This document shows, piece by piece, positions 1 to 10,351 of a stretch of DNA of 64,000 bases (its first letter is position 1; each line of letters starts with the position of its first letter). The stretch is from an uncultured Poribacteria bacterium (GTDB lineage: Bacteria > Poribacteria > WGA-4E > WGA-3G): NCBI GenBank assembly GCA_958296135.2, contig CATQHZ020000001.1, positions 2,176,001-2,240,000 of the forward strand, read 5' to 3'. Position numbers and translations under genes: made by a program. The notes under the pieces were generated by a model. It was not told the origin of the DNA, ran no database searches, and worked only from the letters and a program-made list of their open reading frames with translations.

Positions 1-611
1 AAAACTTATCTAGCATTGGCGGTGCAGAACGCCCCGGCATCGTGCATCGGCTTGACAAGGATACCTCCGGTCTGCTCGTCATCGCCAAAACAGATGACGT
101 GCATCGCGAGCTCTCTACGCAGTTGGAAACGCGCGCGATGACGCGGCGATATGTCGCCGTGGTGTGCGGCACGCCCGCGAATGCATCCGGGACAATCGAT
201 GCACAGATTGCAAGAAGCCGCCGCGACCGGCGACGGATGACAACGGTAGAGGAAGATGGCCGGCCGGCCATCACGCACTATGAAGTTGCAGAAAGTTATG
301 AGAAATTCGCGCGCCTTCAATTGCAATTGGAGACAGGGCGGCTCCACCAGATCCGCGTGCATCTGCAACACATCGGGCATCCTGTTGTCGGCGACGCTGT
401 CTACGGCGGTGAGAAACGCGCACTGCACGATGCCAATGCTAGCGGTGTCAAGCAGGCCCTCTCGCAACTGAAACGTCAAGCGTTGCATGCGCACACGCTA
501 GGGTTTGAACATCCTGTCACACAGGAACGTTTAACGTTTTCCGCGCCAATACCAGCCGATATGCAGCGGCTGGTTGATGCCCTATTTGACCCAAAATGTG
601 AAATGTGGTAG
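1..611 (+). CDS. rluD: RluA/RluD-family RNA pseudouridine synthase (5'-partial)
   Basis: Frame is open from base 3 (NLSSIGGAERPGIVHRLDKDTSG); catalytic HRLDKDTSG, LETGRLHQIRVH and RQALHA motifs. Confidence 0.85.
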   Translation, partial: NLSSIGGAERPGIVHRLDKDTSGLLVIAKTDDVHRELSTQLETRAMTRRYVAVVCGTPANASGTIDAQIARSRRDRRRMTTVEEDGRPAITHYEVAESYEKFARLQLQLETGRLHQIRVHLQHIGHPVVGDAVYGGEKRALHDANASGVKQALSQLKRQALHAHTLGFEHPVTQERLTFSAPIPADMQRLVDALFDPKCEMW

Positions 612-650
612 AATCTCTCTATATTGACAGCCATTTATTCTCCGCGGTAG

Positions 651-851
651 TCCCGACATGAAACGCATCGCAGTAGGAGGGACATCCCTGTCCCGACATG
701 AAACGCATCGCAGTAGGAGGGACATCCCTGTCCCGACATGAAACGCATCGCAGTAGGAGGGACATCCCTGTCCCGACATGAAACGCATCGCAGTAGGAGG
801 GACATCCCTGTCCCGATACGTCGAAAATCGAGACCGGGAGGTCTCTCCTAC
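651..851. repeat. Four exact 40-bp tandem units, each carrying a GTAG-tagged REP-like palindrome, followed by an inverted REP copy
   Basis: Unit tcccgacatgaaacgcatcgcagtaggagggacatccctg at 651, 691, 731 and 771; inverted copy tcgagaccgggaggtctctcctac at about 828-851. Confidence 0.95.
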
Positions 852-873
852 CGGATGACCGGCATAAGGAAAA

Positions 874-1752
874 ATGATGTTTGAACAAAACGATTTATCT
901 CACACAAGCGAGCCCGTTGCGCTGCAACCGATGGATTTTACGGATATTCTGGATGGCACTTTCAGCCTCTATCGGAACCACTTCCGCTTGTTTATGAGCG
1001 TTTGCGCCATTTACGGTATCTCGATATTCGCGACGAATCTGGTTTCGCTCTTCATCGTTACAGCGCGCATTTCACCCCTCACGGCGTTAGTGATATTGGG
1101 CATCACGAGTTGCGCGAGTTTTGGGGTAACAATTCTGAGTTTTGGTGCCCTCATCTTCGCGAGCGCGCAGACTTATCTCCAGCGCGACGTTATCGCTTCT
1201 GACGCATTGTGGCAAGGCTTCCGCCGCTTCTGGGCCTACCTCCTCAGTAACCTAGTCTGGTTTTTAGTTGTCGTTGGTTTGTCAGCAACGCTCATCGGTT
1301 TCCCCTTTGGTATCTATTTTGGAATCCGTTGGGGGTTATGTGGCATGCCTGCACTGCTGGAAGGGTGCCCAGCGCGGGCTGCATTGAAACGGAGCAGCGA
1401 ATTGGTGAAAGGCACATGGTGGCGCGTCTTCGGTATCTCACTAGCAATTTTTCTGCTTTGGGTGATGCTCCTATTCATACTGAAGTCCACTGTCGGATTT
1501 GTCTTGACCTTGATAGGCGTTACAGATCCGGTGAACCTACCAGAAATGTTACGCCGAATGGTGATTCCTCCATCCCCTGATGAAGTCGGCATGCTCGCTA
1601 ATGTGATTAGGGTTTTTACAGATAGTATCGCCTCCATTTTGACAATGCCAATTTTAACCATCGGTTCCATGCTCCTCTACTTCGATCTGCGCATTCGGAA
1701 AGAAGGGTTTGATATTGAAATGATGGTGAATACCCGTGAATCCATTGACTAA
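874..1752 (+). CDS. Integral membrane protein (GDPD membrane-anchor-like) of the MoxR cluster
   Basis: Multiple hydrophobic helices; PMDFTDILDGTFSLYR, ALKRSSELVKGTWWR and LLYFDLRIRKEGFD motifs. Confidence 0.7.
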   Translation: MMFEQNDLSHTSEPVALQPMDFTDILDGTFSLYRNHFRLFMSVCAIYGISIFATNLVSLFIVTARISPLTALVILGITSCASFGVTILSFGALIFASAQTYLQRDVIASDALWQGFRRFWAYLLSNLVWFLVVVGLSATLIGFPFGIYFGIRWGLCGMPALLEGCPARAALKRSSELVKGTWWRVFGISLAIFLLWVMLLFILKSTVGFVLTLIGVTDPVNLPEMLRRMVIPPSPDEVGMLANVIRVFTDSIASILTMPILTIGSMLLYFDLRIRKEGFDIEMMVNTRESID

Positions 1753-2386
1753 CAAGGCAGTCGCGCTTTGGTTTATCCTCATCTTCGCAAGTCTCCTCTC
1801 TGTGATATTTGTCATGGCGAATGAGGAACAGCACTTCAGAGAGGAACTCGCATCCGACCGGACGCGCATGGATGTCTCTTTTGAGAAATACCAAACGATC
1901 CTATCCAAACTCCGCCGGCACAACGACATGGGATGGGACGTTGAATTCAGCAAAGTGTTGCTCGTGCTAGGCATCATCGCGCTGGCAGCCGCGGTTATCT
2001 TTTTTGGCAGAAAGATTCGCAGCAACTTGATTACCGAAGCGCGGGACAAGGCACCAGACCTTGCCCTAGAAACTTTGGCAACAGAAAAAGCCGCGCTAGC
2101 GCACGCCGAGACAGCAGAAGCCGCAAGCGACTTTCGGCACGCACTCCGGTTTCTTTACCTGTCGGCAATCTTGCATCTCCAAGAACGCGGCCGCCTCACG
2201 CACGATAAAAGTCTAACGAATTGGGAGTATCTCCGCGCGTTGCAAACGGACACTGAATTGCAACGCGCCTTGCTGCCTGCCATTCAGGTTTTTGATGAGG
2301 TGTGGTATGGCTACCAGCCGTGCAACGCGGAAACCGTCGCTAATTACCGCGAATTGTTGAAAGAGGTCTACAGAACAAACCGATGA
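1736..2386 (+). CDS. DUF4129 domain membrane protein
   Basis: ALRFLYL...SLTNWEYL...FDEVWYG motifs; cluster context. Confidence 0.75.
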   Translation: MNPLTNKAVALWFILIFASLLSVIFVMANEEQHFREELASDRTRMDVSFEKYQTILSKLRRHNDMGWDVEFSKVLLVLGIIALAAAVIFFGRKIRSNLITEARDKAPDLALETLATEKAALAHAETAEAASDFRHALRFLYLSAILHLQERGRLTHDKSLTNWEYLRALQTDTELQRALLPAIQVFDEVWYGYQPCNAETVANYRELLKEVYRTNR

Positions 2387-3651
2387 GAGACACCACTTGT
2401 CCGAATAATACTGCAGGACTGACGCAGCATGAACTCGGTAGGCGCGGTTTTCAACCGCGCATCCGTGCACGGCTACAAACCGCGACAACGGACAACTATA
2501 GACATCTGTCCTTACAGTCTCGCTTCCTGAAAATCGCCTTAATCGTGTCCATCTGTTTCGTGCTATCGGCGTGCGACGGCTTGGATCGAAGTGGCAGCAC
2601 GCTGAACAGCGTTTTGCGCGCCTTGAAATTCCGCGTGACAGAAATATCCCATGTCTCCCCTGCACGGCTAGAAAGATTCGATGTGCTGTTTCTGTGGCAA
2701 ATCAGAAGGGCCCTCGCCGAAGAAGAGTTTCAGAAAATACACGCTTTCGTTCATGAAGGCGGCACCCTGATTGTCGCCGGTGATGACACGGCACTTGAGC
2801 CCCTCTTCTCGGAGTATGGGTTTGAGTTGCACACGGCACAAAGCGAGCTCATTGATGCAGAACGGATTCCGAGAAAACCGCTCTTTCCGGCGCGCCCAGT
2901 AGCCGAAATCCACGCGCGAACGGATGTTTTCATCACCGGGACAAACGCGATAGACGCAGATAAGATAGCGATGCCGCTCTATGGCAGCGGAACAGAATAC
3001 ACCATCGTAACGTTTCGGCACGGTAACGGGCGCGCCTTTTTCATGTCGTGTCCCTATATTTTCAGCGCGTCGGGACTGGCACATGCAGGAAACGCAACGT
3101 TCCTCTATAACTTGATGTCGACGGTGCCGCGCAAGGCGCGCATCGGGCTCGCCGAATACCGATATTACGGCACCGGCGCGGCAAATTCACCAGACCCGCT
3201 GATAGCACTGCTGTTTGAAACACCGGGAGGATTAGGAGTCCTCTATATCGGCATCACCTTTTTTGTGTTTCTCATGCTGCGCGGGCGGCGGTTTGGAAAA
3301 CCGTTGGAAGTCCAAGAAACGCAACGGCGGCTCAACTCCGAATACGTCCTCGCTATGACTGCACTCTATCAGAAGGGGAACACGCGTCACGAGATTTTGA
3401 GACAGCTGCGCGACGGATTGAGAACTGACCTCGGGGCGCGGTGGCATCTCAACATATCGGATGCTCTGTCTATAACCCCGCAAGCACTCGTGGAGGAAAT
3501 CGCCAAGCGTAGTCCCCTGGCTTCCGATGAACTGCGGAAGTTATTGATGGACTTGGAGCCGCGCGGGGATATATCAGAAGCGCAGCTCCTTGAAATCGCC
3601 AAAAAGGTCGAGGCGTATTACGATACATCCAACATGAGACGGAGGCACTGA
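2383..3651 (+). CDS. DUF4350-like membrane protein with a REP-derived N-terminal extension
   Basis: ATGA overlap with upstream stop; FVHEGGTLIV, GNGRAF, RGRRFGKP and EYVLAMTALY motifs. Confidence 0.7.
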   Translation: MRDTTCPNNTAGLTQHELGRRGFQPRIRARLQTATTDNYRHLSLQSRFLKIALIVSICFVLSACDGLDRSGSTLNSVLRALKFRVTEISHVSPARLERFDVLFLWQIRRALAEEEFQKIHAFVHEGGTLIVAGDDTALEPLFSEYGFELHTAQSELIDAERIPRKPLFPARPVAEIHARTDVFITGTNAIDADKIAMPLYGSGTEYTIVTFRHGNGRAFFMSCPYIFSASGLAHAGNATFLYNLMSTVPRKARIGLAEYRYYGTGAANSPDPLIALLFETPGGLGVLYIGITFFVFLMLRGRRFGKPLEVQETQRRLNSEYVLAMTALYQKGNTRHEILRQLRDGLRTDLGARWHLNISDALSITPQALVEEIAKRSPLASDELRKLLMDLEPRGDISEAQLLEIAKKVEAYYDTSNMRRRH

Positions 3652-3758
3652 GCGGCAGGAAGGATTTCCTAAAGCGCGTAGTTGGAAGCCGCGCCTACGG
3701 GGATTTCCAATTGTAAGCGCGGATTTCCATATCCTCCCGATAGGACTCACAAAAATCA

Positions 3759-4709
3759 ATGCAAACAACTCAGTTCGTCTTTGAAAAAATGAGACAAGAG
3801 GCACAAAAAATTATCGTCGGACAGGAGGAACTGTTTAAACTGGTAGTCGTCAGTTTCTTTACTGGCGGACATGTGCTAATGGAAGGCGTGCCGGGCACAG
3901 CGAAAACCTTGATCGCGAAGACTTTGGCGATGCTCGTCTCCGGCGAATTCAGTCGGGTGCAATTTACCCCAGATCTGATGCCCTCGGATATCGTCGGCAC
4001 GAGTGTGTATGAGCTGGCGACGCACCAGTTTAACCTCAAGCGGGGCCCCGTGTTCACAAACGTGCTCCTCGCTGACGAAATCAATCGCGCGCCTGCCAAA
4101 ACACAATCCGCGCTGCTTGAATGCATGGAGGAACGACAGGTTAGCATTGACGGTGTCCGGCACGAACTTCCACCGCCGTTTATCGTCTTGGCGACGCAAA
4201 ACCCTGTGGAATACGAAGGCACCTATCCGCTGCCTGAAGCGCAGCTGGACCGGTTTCTTTTCAAATTGCGCGTGGAGTACCCGGGGCGCGAGAGGGAGCG
4301 GCAGATTCTCATGAATTATCATGAAGGCTTTAATGCAACGCGGCTGGAAAACGCGGGGGTTGCAAGCGTCGTAGACAGAGAGTTGCTCCTGCAGTGCCAA
4401 GAAGAAATTCAGGCAGTCACAGTTGAGGATTCGATCTTTGACTACATTGTGAGTCTCGCGGAAGCGTCACGCGAGTCCATCGAACTGGTTTTGGGAGGCA
4501 GTCCGCGCGCCTCCATCGCGCTGTTGTTGGCGAGCAAAACCTACGCCGCGTTGGAAGGCCGCAATTACATTCTGCCCGACGATGTCAAATTTCTAGCACC
4601 GCATGTCTATCGGCACCGCATTCTGCTGAAACCCGAGGCGGAGCTCGAGGGGTTATCGGCGGATAACGTGATTGAGCGATTGCTCGCCGCCGCCGAAATC
4701 CCGCGGTGA
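3759..4709 (+). CDS. moxR: MoxR-family AAA+ ATPase
   Basis: GVPGTAKT Walker A; [30 protein letters not shown] and [19 protein letters not shown] motifs. Confidence 0.95.
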   Translation: MQTTQFVFEKMRQEAQKIIVGQEELFKLVVVSFFTGGHVLMEGVPGTAKTLIAKTLAMLVSGEFSRVQFTPDLMPSDIVGTSVYELATHQFNLKRGPVFTNVLLADEINRAPAKTQSALLECMEERQVSIDGVRHELPPPFIVLATQNPVEYEGTYPLPEAQLDRFLFKLRVEYPGRERERQILMNYHEGFNATRLENAGVASVVDRELLLQCQEEIQAVTVEDSIFDYIVSLAEASRESIELVLGGSPRASIALLLASKTYAALEGRNYILPDDVKFLAPHVYRHRILLKPEAELEGLSADNVIERLLAAAEIPR

Positions 4710-4744
4710 TAACAGCAAACAGGCCCCGAGATTAGGACAAAACA

Positions 4745-6121
4745 ATGCAACTCAGCAACCGGCTCCTCTGCCTCCTCTTTCTCGTAGCAATACCAATGAT
4801 GCTTTCAGGCATCTCGCCGAATCTGTTGTTCGTCGGCGGAGGTTATGTGTTGCTCCTGTGCATCGTCTGTGCGATAGATTATCTAACGAATCCGCTGTTT
4901 ACAAAAATAGACGCGCGGCGTGAGATGAATTCCAAATTTTCATTAGGCGTGGAAAACGTGGTGACGCTACAAATAGTGAACCGGTCGCGCCATCACCTCA
5001 AACTCCACCTGAAAGACGATTTTCCATCAGAATTTCAGTTTTATCGGGCAATACACGAGGTGCCTCTACCCCCATCAGCAGAGAAGACGCTTGTCTACCG
5101 GCTCACGCCGCTGCGACGCGGGACTTACAGATTTGAAGACATCCATCTGCGGTGCCGGGGAGTTCTAGGACTGATTATCCGACAACGACACATTGCCGCT
5201 GCGGCCGCGGTGAAAGTCTATCCAAACCTGCAAGCAGTACGGCAATATGAACTGTTGGTAAGGCGTGGTATGCTCGGCCAGCTGGGACTTAAAAATTCGC
5301 GGCAGTTTGGGGAAGGCACGGAAGTCGAGCGGCTCCGCGAATACGCACCCGACGACGACTTTCGCCGCATTGACTGGAAGGCGACAGCACGGCACCGAAA
5401 ACCGATCGTCCGAGAATTTGAGACTGAACGGAGCCAAGATGTCATCATCATGTTAGACACCGGCAGATTGATGGCATCGCCGATTGTGCTGGAAACATCG
5501 GAAAATGCCAAACCAGACCGGCGGGACAGATACAGCAATCTGTCCTTACAAACAGCAATGATTAAGTTGGATTATGCAATCAACACAACCCTGATGGCCG
5601 GCTATGTCTCAACGCTCAAAGGCGATAAGGTAGGGTTAATCGCGTTTGCGGACACGGTGCATCAATACCTTGCGCCGAAGTCGGGCAAAAAGCAGTTTCT
5701 GACGATGCTGGAGAGCATCTACGCGTTACAGGTGCAGCCAGTTGAACCCGATTTTGAGAGCGCGTTCACGTATTTAGCATCAAAACAGCGCAAACGCGCC
5801 CTGGTTATCCTCTTCACAGACATCTTGGACAGAGACGCGGCGGAAGGGCTTGCGACTTACGTCGCGCAGCTCTCAAGACATCACCTCGTCGTTTGTGTGA
5901 CGTTGATGGATTCAACGATTATCGCGCTCGCGGCGCAAAAGTTGACTGATTCCAAAAGCCTCTATCAGAAGATGATAGCAGAAAAATTGCTTCAGGAGAA
6001 ACAGGCGACGTTGGAAATCCTGCGTCGGCGTGGTGTCATCACGCTTGATGTGCCAGCACATCAATTGACGATGACGGTGGTGAATAAATATTTGGAACTC
6101 AAGGCGAAATCTCGGATTTAG
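4745..6121 (+). CDS. DUF58 / VWA-like MoxR partner protein
   Basis: LREYAPDDDFRRIDWKATAR and DTGRLM motifs; follows moxR. Confidence 0.9.
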   Translation: MQLSNRLLCLLFLVAIPMMLSGISPNLLFVGGGYVLLLCIVCAIDYLTNPLFTKIDARREMNSKFSLGVENVVTLQIVNRSRHHLKLHLKDDFPSEFQFYRAIHEVPLPPSAEKTLVYRLTPLRRGTYRFEDIHLRCRGVLGLIIRQRHIAAAAAVKVYPNLQAVRQYELLVRRGMLGQLGLKNSRQFGEGTEVERLREYAPDDDFRRIDWKATARHRKPIVREFETERSQDVIIMLDTGRLMASPIVLETSENAKPDRRDRYSNLSLQTAMIKLDYAINTTLMAGYVSTLKGDKVGLIAFADTVHQYLAPKSGKKQFLTMLESIYALQVQPVEPDFESAFTYLASKQRKRALVILFTDILDRDAAEGLATYVAQLSRHHLVVCVTLMDSTIIALAAQKLTDSKSLYQKMIAEKLLQEKQATLEILRRRGVITLDVPAHQLTMTVVNKYLELKAKSRI

Positions 6122-6151
6122 CAGCTCGGCATGCGCGCGTCCAAAGCGCGC

Positions 6152-7114
6152 CTACGGTATCTGTTCTGCGTCAGTCCTAAACAGATAGCCGAACAGGAGA
6201 ATCCCTGTTATCGCACCGAAGCCAATTTTAACCGATGGCGGCAACCCGGAAGGAGAAATAAACCCCTCAATAACGCCAGCGATGAGGAACAAGGCGATAC
6301 ACCCGCCGAGGAGATGCACAGCGGTTTTCGCCGCCTCGGTCAGCGCGCGTTTCCGTGTGAGCAAGCCGGGCGCGATGAGCGCATACCCCATTTTCAACCC
6401 GGCACCACCCGCAATAAAAATAGCCGTCAACTCAATATAACCGTGCGGCGAGACGAAGGACCAGAGTGCCAGCGAAAGCCCATGAACGTGACTGAGCCCT
6501 GCAATCGCGCCGATAAACACCCCGTTAAACGCTAACACGTAGACAGAACCTAGCATGAAAACGATGCCGGCGGCGAATGCCAAAAACGCCACCCGAATGT
6601 TATTCGTGATGACGAAAGAGGAGAGTAAGTTTCTCGCTTCTGCCGATGTGTTGTTCCACGTCGTCTTGTCGGTTTTACGTAAATGATCGAGCAGGCGGGG
6701 CGGAACGATGTCTTCCGCGAAGCCGGGATTCGCCACAGCAAGCCAATAAGAGGCAGCAAATCCGAGCGCGAACAACAAAAACGCGGCACCAATGAAACTG
6801 ACATTTTCGCGAAACAGCGAGGGAAATCCAGAACGGAAAAACTGCCCGAGCGTGCCGCGTTTGAAAGGCGCAGTCTGGTAAATCCCCGAATGCGCACGCG
6901 AGGCGAGTTGGTTAAGGTAGGGAACGTAAGGCGTTTGCGGAAAATCGCGCCGCGCCACCGCTAAATCTGAGGTAACGCGGCGATAGAGATACCCTAACCG
7001 GTCGAGTTGCGGAGGGGACAATTTGTTCCGCCGCGCGCCGCGCACCCGCTCTAACAATGCCTCCAATTCCGACCAGGTTGGCTGTTTTTTGTTGACGAAT
7101 TCTTCCAAGGTCAT
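6152..7114 (-). CDS. SpoIIM/DUF95-family membrane protein
   Basis: YRRVTSDLAVAR, TNNIRVAF, PHGYIELTAI and AGVIEGFISP motifs. Confidence 0.85.
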   Translation of the reverse strand: MTLEEFVNKKQPTWSELEALLERVRGARRNKLSPPQLDRLGYLYRRVTSDLAVARRDFPQTPYVPYLNQLASRAHSGIYQTAPFKRGTLGQFFRSGFPSLFRENVSFIGAAFLLFALGFAASYWLAVANPGFAEDIVPPRLLDHLRKTDKTTWNNTSAEARNLLSSFVITNNIRVAFLAFAAGIVFMLGSVYVLAFNGVFIGAIAGLSHVHGLSLALWSFVSPHGYIELTAIFIAGGAGLKMGYALIAPGLLTRKRALTEAAKTAVHLLGGCIALFLIAGVIEGFISPSGLPPSVKIGFGAITGILLFGYLFRTDAEQIP

Positions 7115-7249
7115 ATTCGTTAAATCATCTTATGTCTGATGAATTTGGAATTATATGAAATTAACTTGATTTGTATCGTCCCTGCAGGGCAAGATCCGAC
7201 GAATCTCCACGCAACGTCATTTGGAATAATTCCATTACAAACGGTTTTC

Positions 7250-7999
7250 ATGAACAACCACTTATCCATCAAAACCCCAGAACAGATTGAACTCACCTAT
7301 AGCGTAGCGGGCATTGGCTCGCGCTTTTATGCAGCGATGCTAGATACCCTACTGCTAACGCTCATCGGTGTGATAGGCGGCTTTGTCATCGCCACCGCGA
7401 TAACAGAACTAGACGACATATTCGGGAATTGGCTTGCCGCTATCGGCGGACTTGTCGTCTTCGCGCTGTTCTGGGGTTACTATATGCTTTTTGAGGTGAC
7501 GATGAACGGACAGTCGCCCGGCAAACGTGCCTTAGGCTTGCGCGTTATCAAAGAGGGCGGCTATCCAGTCAGCTTCGCCGATTCCGCTATTCGGAATCTG
7601 GTGCGGATAATCGATTTCCTTCCGTTCTGCTACGGCATCGGGCTCATTGCGATGCTGATGAATAAAAATTGGCGGCGGCTCGGCGATCTCGCCGCCGGTA
7701 CTCTTGTCGTGAGAGATGGCACGAAATCAGCAAACGCGGGAAACCTCCCGGCTGCGCAGCCTCGGCCGCAATCCGCGCTAACCTATGCCGACTGGATGCA
7801 ACCGGAACTCGTGACAGCTGCGGAACTGGAGGCGGTGCGGATGTATCTGTCGCGCCGTGCGATGCTCCCGAAACTGCGCCGACAGGAACTGGCGCGCACA
7901 CTCGCGGCCCCAATCGTCCAAAAAATGGGCGGCAGCACCCGGGTCGATTATGAGGTATTTTTGTATGAGCTCCATATCCTCATGAATCAACAGCAGTAG
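7250..7999 (+). CDS. RDD-family membrane protein
   Basis: IKTPEQIELTY..AGIGSR, GQSPGKRALGLRV and RRLGDLAAGT motifs; start moved to ATG 7250. Confidence 0.9.
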   Translation: MNNHLSIKTPEQIELTYSVAGIGSRFYAAMLDTLLLTLIGVIGGFVIATAITELDDIFGNWLAAIGGLVVFALFWGYYMLFEVTMNGQSPGKRALGLRVIKEGGYPVSFADSAIRNLVRIIDFLPFCYGIGLIAMLMNKNWRRLGDLAAGTLVVRDGTKSANAGNLPAAQPRPQSALTYADWMQPELVTAAELEAVRMYLSRRAMLPKLRRQELARTLAAPIVQKMGGSTRVDYEVFLYELHILMNQQQ

Positions 8000-8161
8000 G
8001 AGCGCCCTCCGTTACGCCTAGTGAAGAATGCCTGCGTTGTCTCGCAAAAATAGGCTATCTTTTCCCGATACCGTATGCATCAAGACTGCTGGGAGCTCGC
8101 CGGCACCCTTTGGAGGAGCGCGGTTGCAAACCGCAACTACGGGGGCCGTTCCGCTTCGGTA

Positions 8162-9241
8162 TCATTCAACCCGAGGGTGTCTCGCCGTTGGGTTTCTCTG
8201 CAAACGCACCTTGGAATCGGTTAGCGGCAATTCCACCCGCGCGCCGTTGCGCAAGTGCGACTCAATCACGCCGAAGATTAACTCCGTGCTGGCATACGCA
8301 CACCGGACACCACCTCGCGTGGGTTCGCCGGTATCCAATGCGCGAACCAAATCTTTTATCAGGTTCGCCGTGCTGCTGGTGCGCTCAAATTCCGGGAATA
8401 CCTCTGGTACTCTGCAAGCGCGCCAGCCGGGAATATCCTGTTGTTTGCGGATATGCCACTGCCAGCCGTTATTCCAGCAGGTGACAGTGCCGCGTTCGCA
8501 AATCGCCTCCCACTCGGAACTGCGCGGTGTGAGCAAAGCATGCGCTGTCACACCGTTTTCAAATTGGATTGTGCCTTGGCCCGCCGGGTCTTCACGAAGG
8601 ACATCGCCATCAATGACGTTATCCCCGTTTGGAAGGTATCCCGAAACCCACTTCGCCGGGGCATCGCTATTCAAGCGCAGAACCAGATCGATGTTATGAC
8701 TCGCCGTGTTGAACAGCGTGCCGTTTGAATAGATAATCAGCGTGCGGAGCCGCCCCAGCTCGCCGCTGTCAATAACCTCCTTCATCTTATCAAAACCGGT
8801 GTGCCACCGGCGATTGGTGCCGAGGTTAAAAGCGACGTTGTTCGCTTCCACCGCTGATACCATCGCCGCTGCCTCGTCCATGGAGGCGGCCATCGCCTTC
8901 TCGGCGTAGATGGCTTTCGTGCCGTGCTCTGCGGCGTAGATAACAATCTCAGCGCGATGTTCCGGCTGCGTCGCAACGCTGACGATGTCCGGTTGCTCCT
9001 TTTCCAGCATCTCGCGATAATCGGTATACTGACTCGATTCCGGCACGTTGTAGCGGTGGCCGAAATGTGCCATCACGTCCGGACGCAGGTCTGCGCAGGC
9101 GATGAGTGCTGTCCGTTCTTCGGCGAAATAGCCGGCGGCATGCGAATACGGCAGGCGGATCGCCTCGTAATCCGGGACTTCGTTGTCAATAAATGCTCCC
9201 ATCCGGCTACAGCCGATGACAGCTGCGCGATACGTTTTCAT
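8162..9241 (-). CDS. Gfo/Idh/MocA-family oxidoreductase
   Basis: Rossmann AVIGCSRMG; DIVSVAT and AEKAMA motifs. Confidence 0.9.
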   Translation of the reverse strand: MKTYRAAVIGCSRMGAFIDNEVPDYEAIRLPYSHAAGYFAEERTALIACADLRPDVMAHFGHRYNVPESSQYTDYREMLEKEQPDIVSVATQPEHRAEIVIYAAEHGTKAIYAEKAMAASMDEAAAMVSAVEANNVAFNLGTNRRWHTGFDKMKEVIDSGELGRLRTLIIYSNGTLFNTASHNIDLVLRLNSDAPAKWVSGYLPNGDNVIDGDVLREDPAGQGTIQFENGVTAHALLTPRSSEWEAICERGTVTCWNNGWQWHIRKQQDIPGWRACRVPEVFPEFERTSSTANLIKDLVRALDTGEPTRGGVRCAYASTELIFGVIESHLRNGARVELPLTDSKVRLQRNPTARHPRVE

Positions 9242-9274
9242 TGTTCCCTCCTCCTTCGCGATTGGGGATTGCTC

Positions 9275-10267
9275 TTACCGCGGCAAGAAAAATTTATTCG
9301 CAACCTCGGTGAGGAAATTCTGTCCCATCACCCGGTATCCTTCTGCATTGGGATGCAAATCATCTGGCAGCAGATGCCCGAGGTCCGGGCCGAATACGTC
9401 AAGTCCATTAACGTAGTGGACATGCTTGTCTCCGTGGGACTGCAGTGCCTCCGCGGCGGCTTGCACTTCTTCGCGCATTCCCTGTAGATGGAAACCCACC
9501 GCGTTCGGTTTTTCCTCCCTCGGCGGCGAATAGATGGGCGACATCAGCACGAGCGGGATATCGGGATGCTTCTCGCGGATAATCTGCACCGAGCCGATAA
9601 TCGCCGGGCGAAATGCGCGCAGCCCCAAACTCGCCGCGCCCTGGATGTTAATACCGAGGCACATAGAGATGTAGTCTGCGGGCAGACCACGAATCATCCG
9701 AGCCACCATTGCATCGAGGTGACATTGGCCGCCATAGCCGAGGCAGGTTAAATTGAACCCTCGTTCGCGCGCAGCGATGGCGGGCCACGTCTGCGTCGGC
9801 GATGCCGCTTGACGACACTGCGTGATCGAGCTGCCGTAGGTAACCCATCGGGGCCGCCCATCACTAAACGGTTCTATCGTCGCACCATCGTCTATCTCCA
9901 GATTGCGCAGTTGGAAGATGCCGTATTGCGGCAGCCACAAGTCAATCCATTTCATTTCCGACGACAGCTTTTCAAAGGCGAAGGTGTCTCTACCGGTTAA
10001 ATCAATGGAATTGATAAACTCGCCATCACAACAAAGATCGAGCCTGCCGCTTTCGCGCTGCGGGACGATGTTGCCCGCGACGCGCGTCGTGTCACTTGAG
10101 AAACTGATGCGGACACCCGCGGGCATAGCGGAACGTTCAAGCAACGGTTCGGGAAATAAGACGTGTTCAGCATACGGCGTGCGCCACGGCATCGTCCACG
10201 CCGCTGTCTCTTGGAATGAGATGGCTCCCTGCCAATTGAGGGCGGGATGGTTAGGGTTTATGTGCAT
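9275..10267 (-). CDS. SGNH/GDSL hydrolase
   Basis: YGSSITQ block I, LGYGG, GIN and DDLHPNAEGY block V. Confidence 0.9.
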   Translation of the reverse strand: MHINPNHPALNWQGAISFQETAAWTMPWRTPYAEHVLFPEPLLERSAMPAGVRISFSSDTTRVAGNIVPQRESGRLDLCCDGEFINSIDLTGRDTFAFEKLSSEMKWIDLWLPQYGIFQLRNLEIDDGATIEPFSDGRPRWVTYGSSITQCRQAASPTQTWPAIAARERGFNLTCLGYGGQCHLDAMVARMIRGLPADYISMCLGINIQGAASLGLRAFRPAIIGSVQIIREKHPDIPLVLMSPIYSPPREEKPNAVGFHLQGMREEVQAAAEALQSHGDKHVHYVNGLDVFGPDLGHLLPDDLHPNAEGYRVMGQNFLTEVANKFFLPR

Positions 10268-10288
10268 AGTAGCTCCTCGTATTGAACA

Positions 10289-10351
10289 GGCAGATATGAC
10301 ATCTGCCCTTACCAGCGTGGCATACGGGCGGATATAGCCATCCGCCCTTAC
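10289..10351 (-). repeat. Two tandem GTAA-tagged REP-like palindromes
   Basis: Minus strand gtaagggcggatggctatatccgccc and gtaagggcagatgtcatatctgcc; family also at about 2490, 3713, 5524, 11987, 19791, 24522, 33438, 53322 and 55386. Confidence 0.85.

Noticed and set aside
651-816. Possible CRISPR array
   Set aside because: The units are fully identical with no unique spacers, no cas genes are present, and the repeat is a dispersed REP.
874-7999. MoxR-DUF58-DUF4129-DUF4350-SpoIIM-RDD cluster as a new system
   Set aside because: This is a widely conserved, already recognised gene neighbourhood, although its function is unresolved.
1-8000. Apparent excess of CTAG
   Set aside because: A rough count of about 2 per kb is below the roughly 4 per kb expected from base composition, so it is not enriched.
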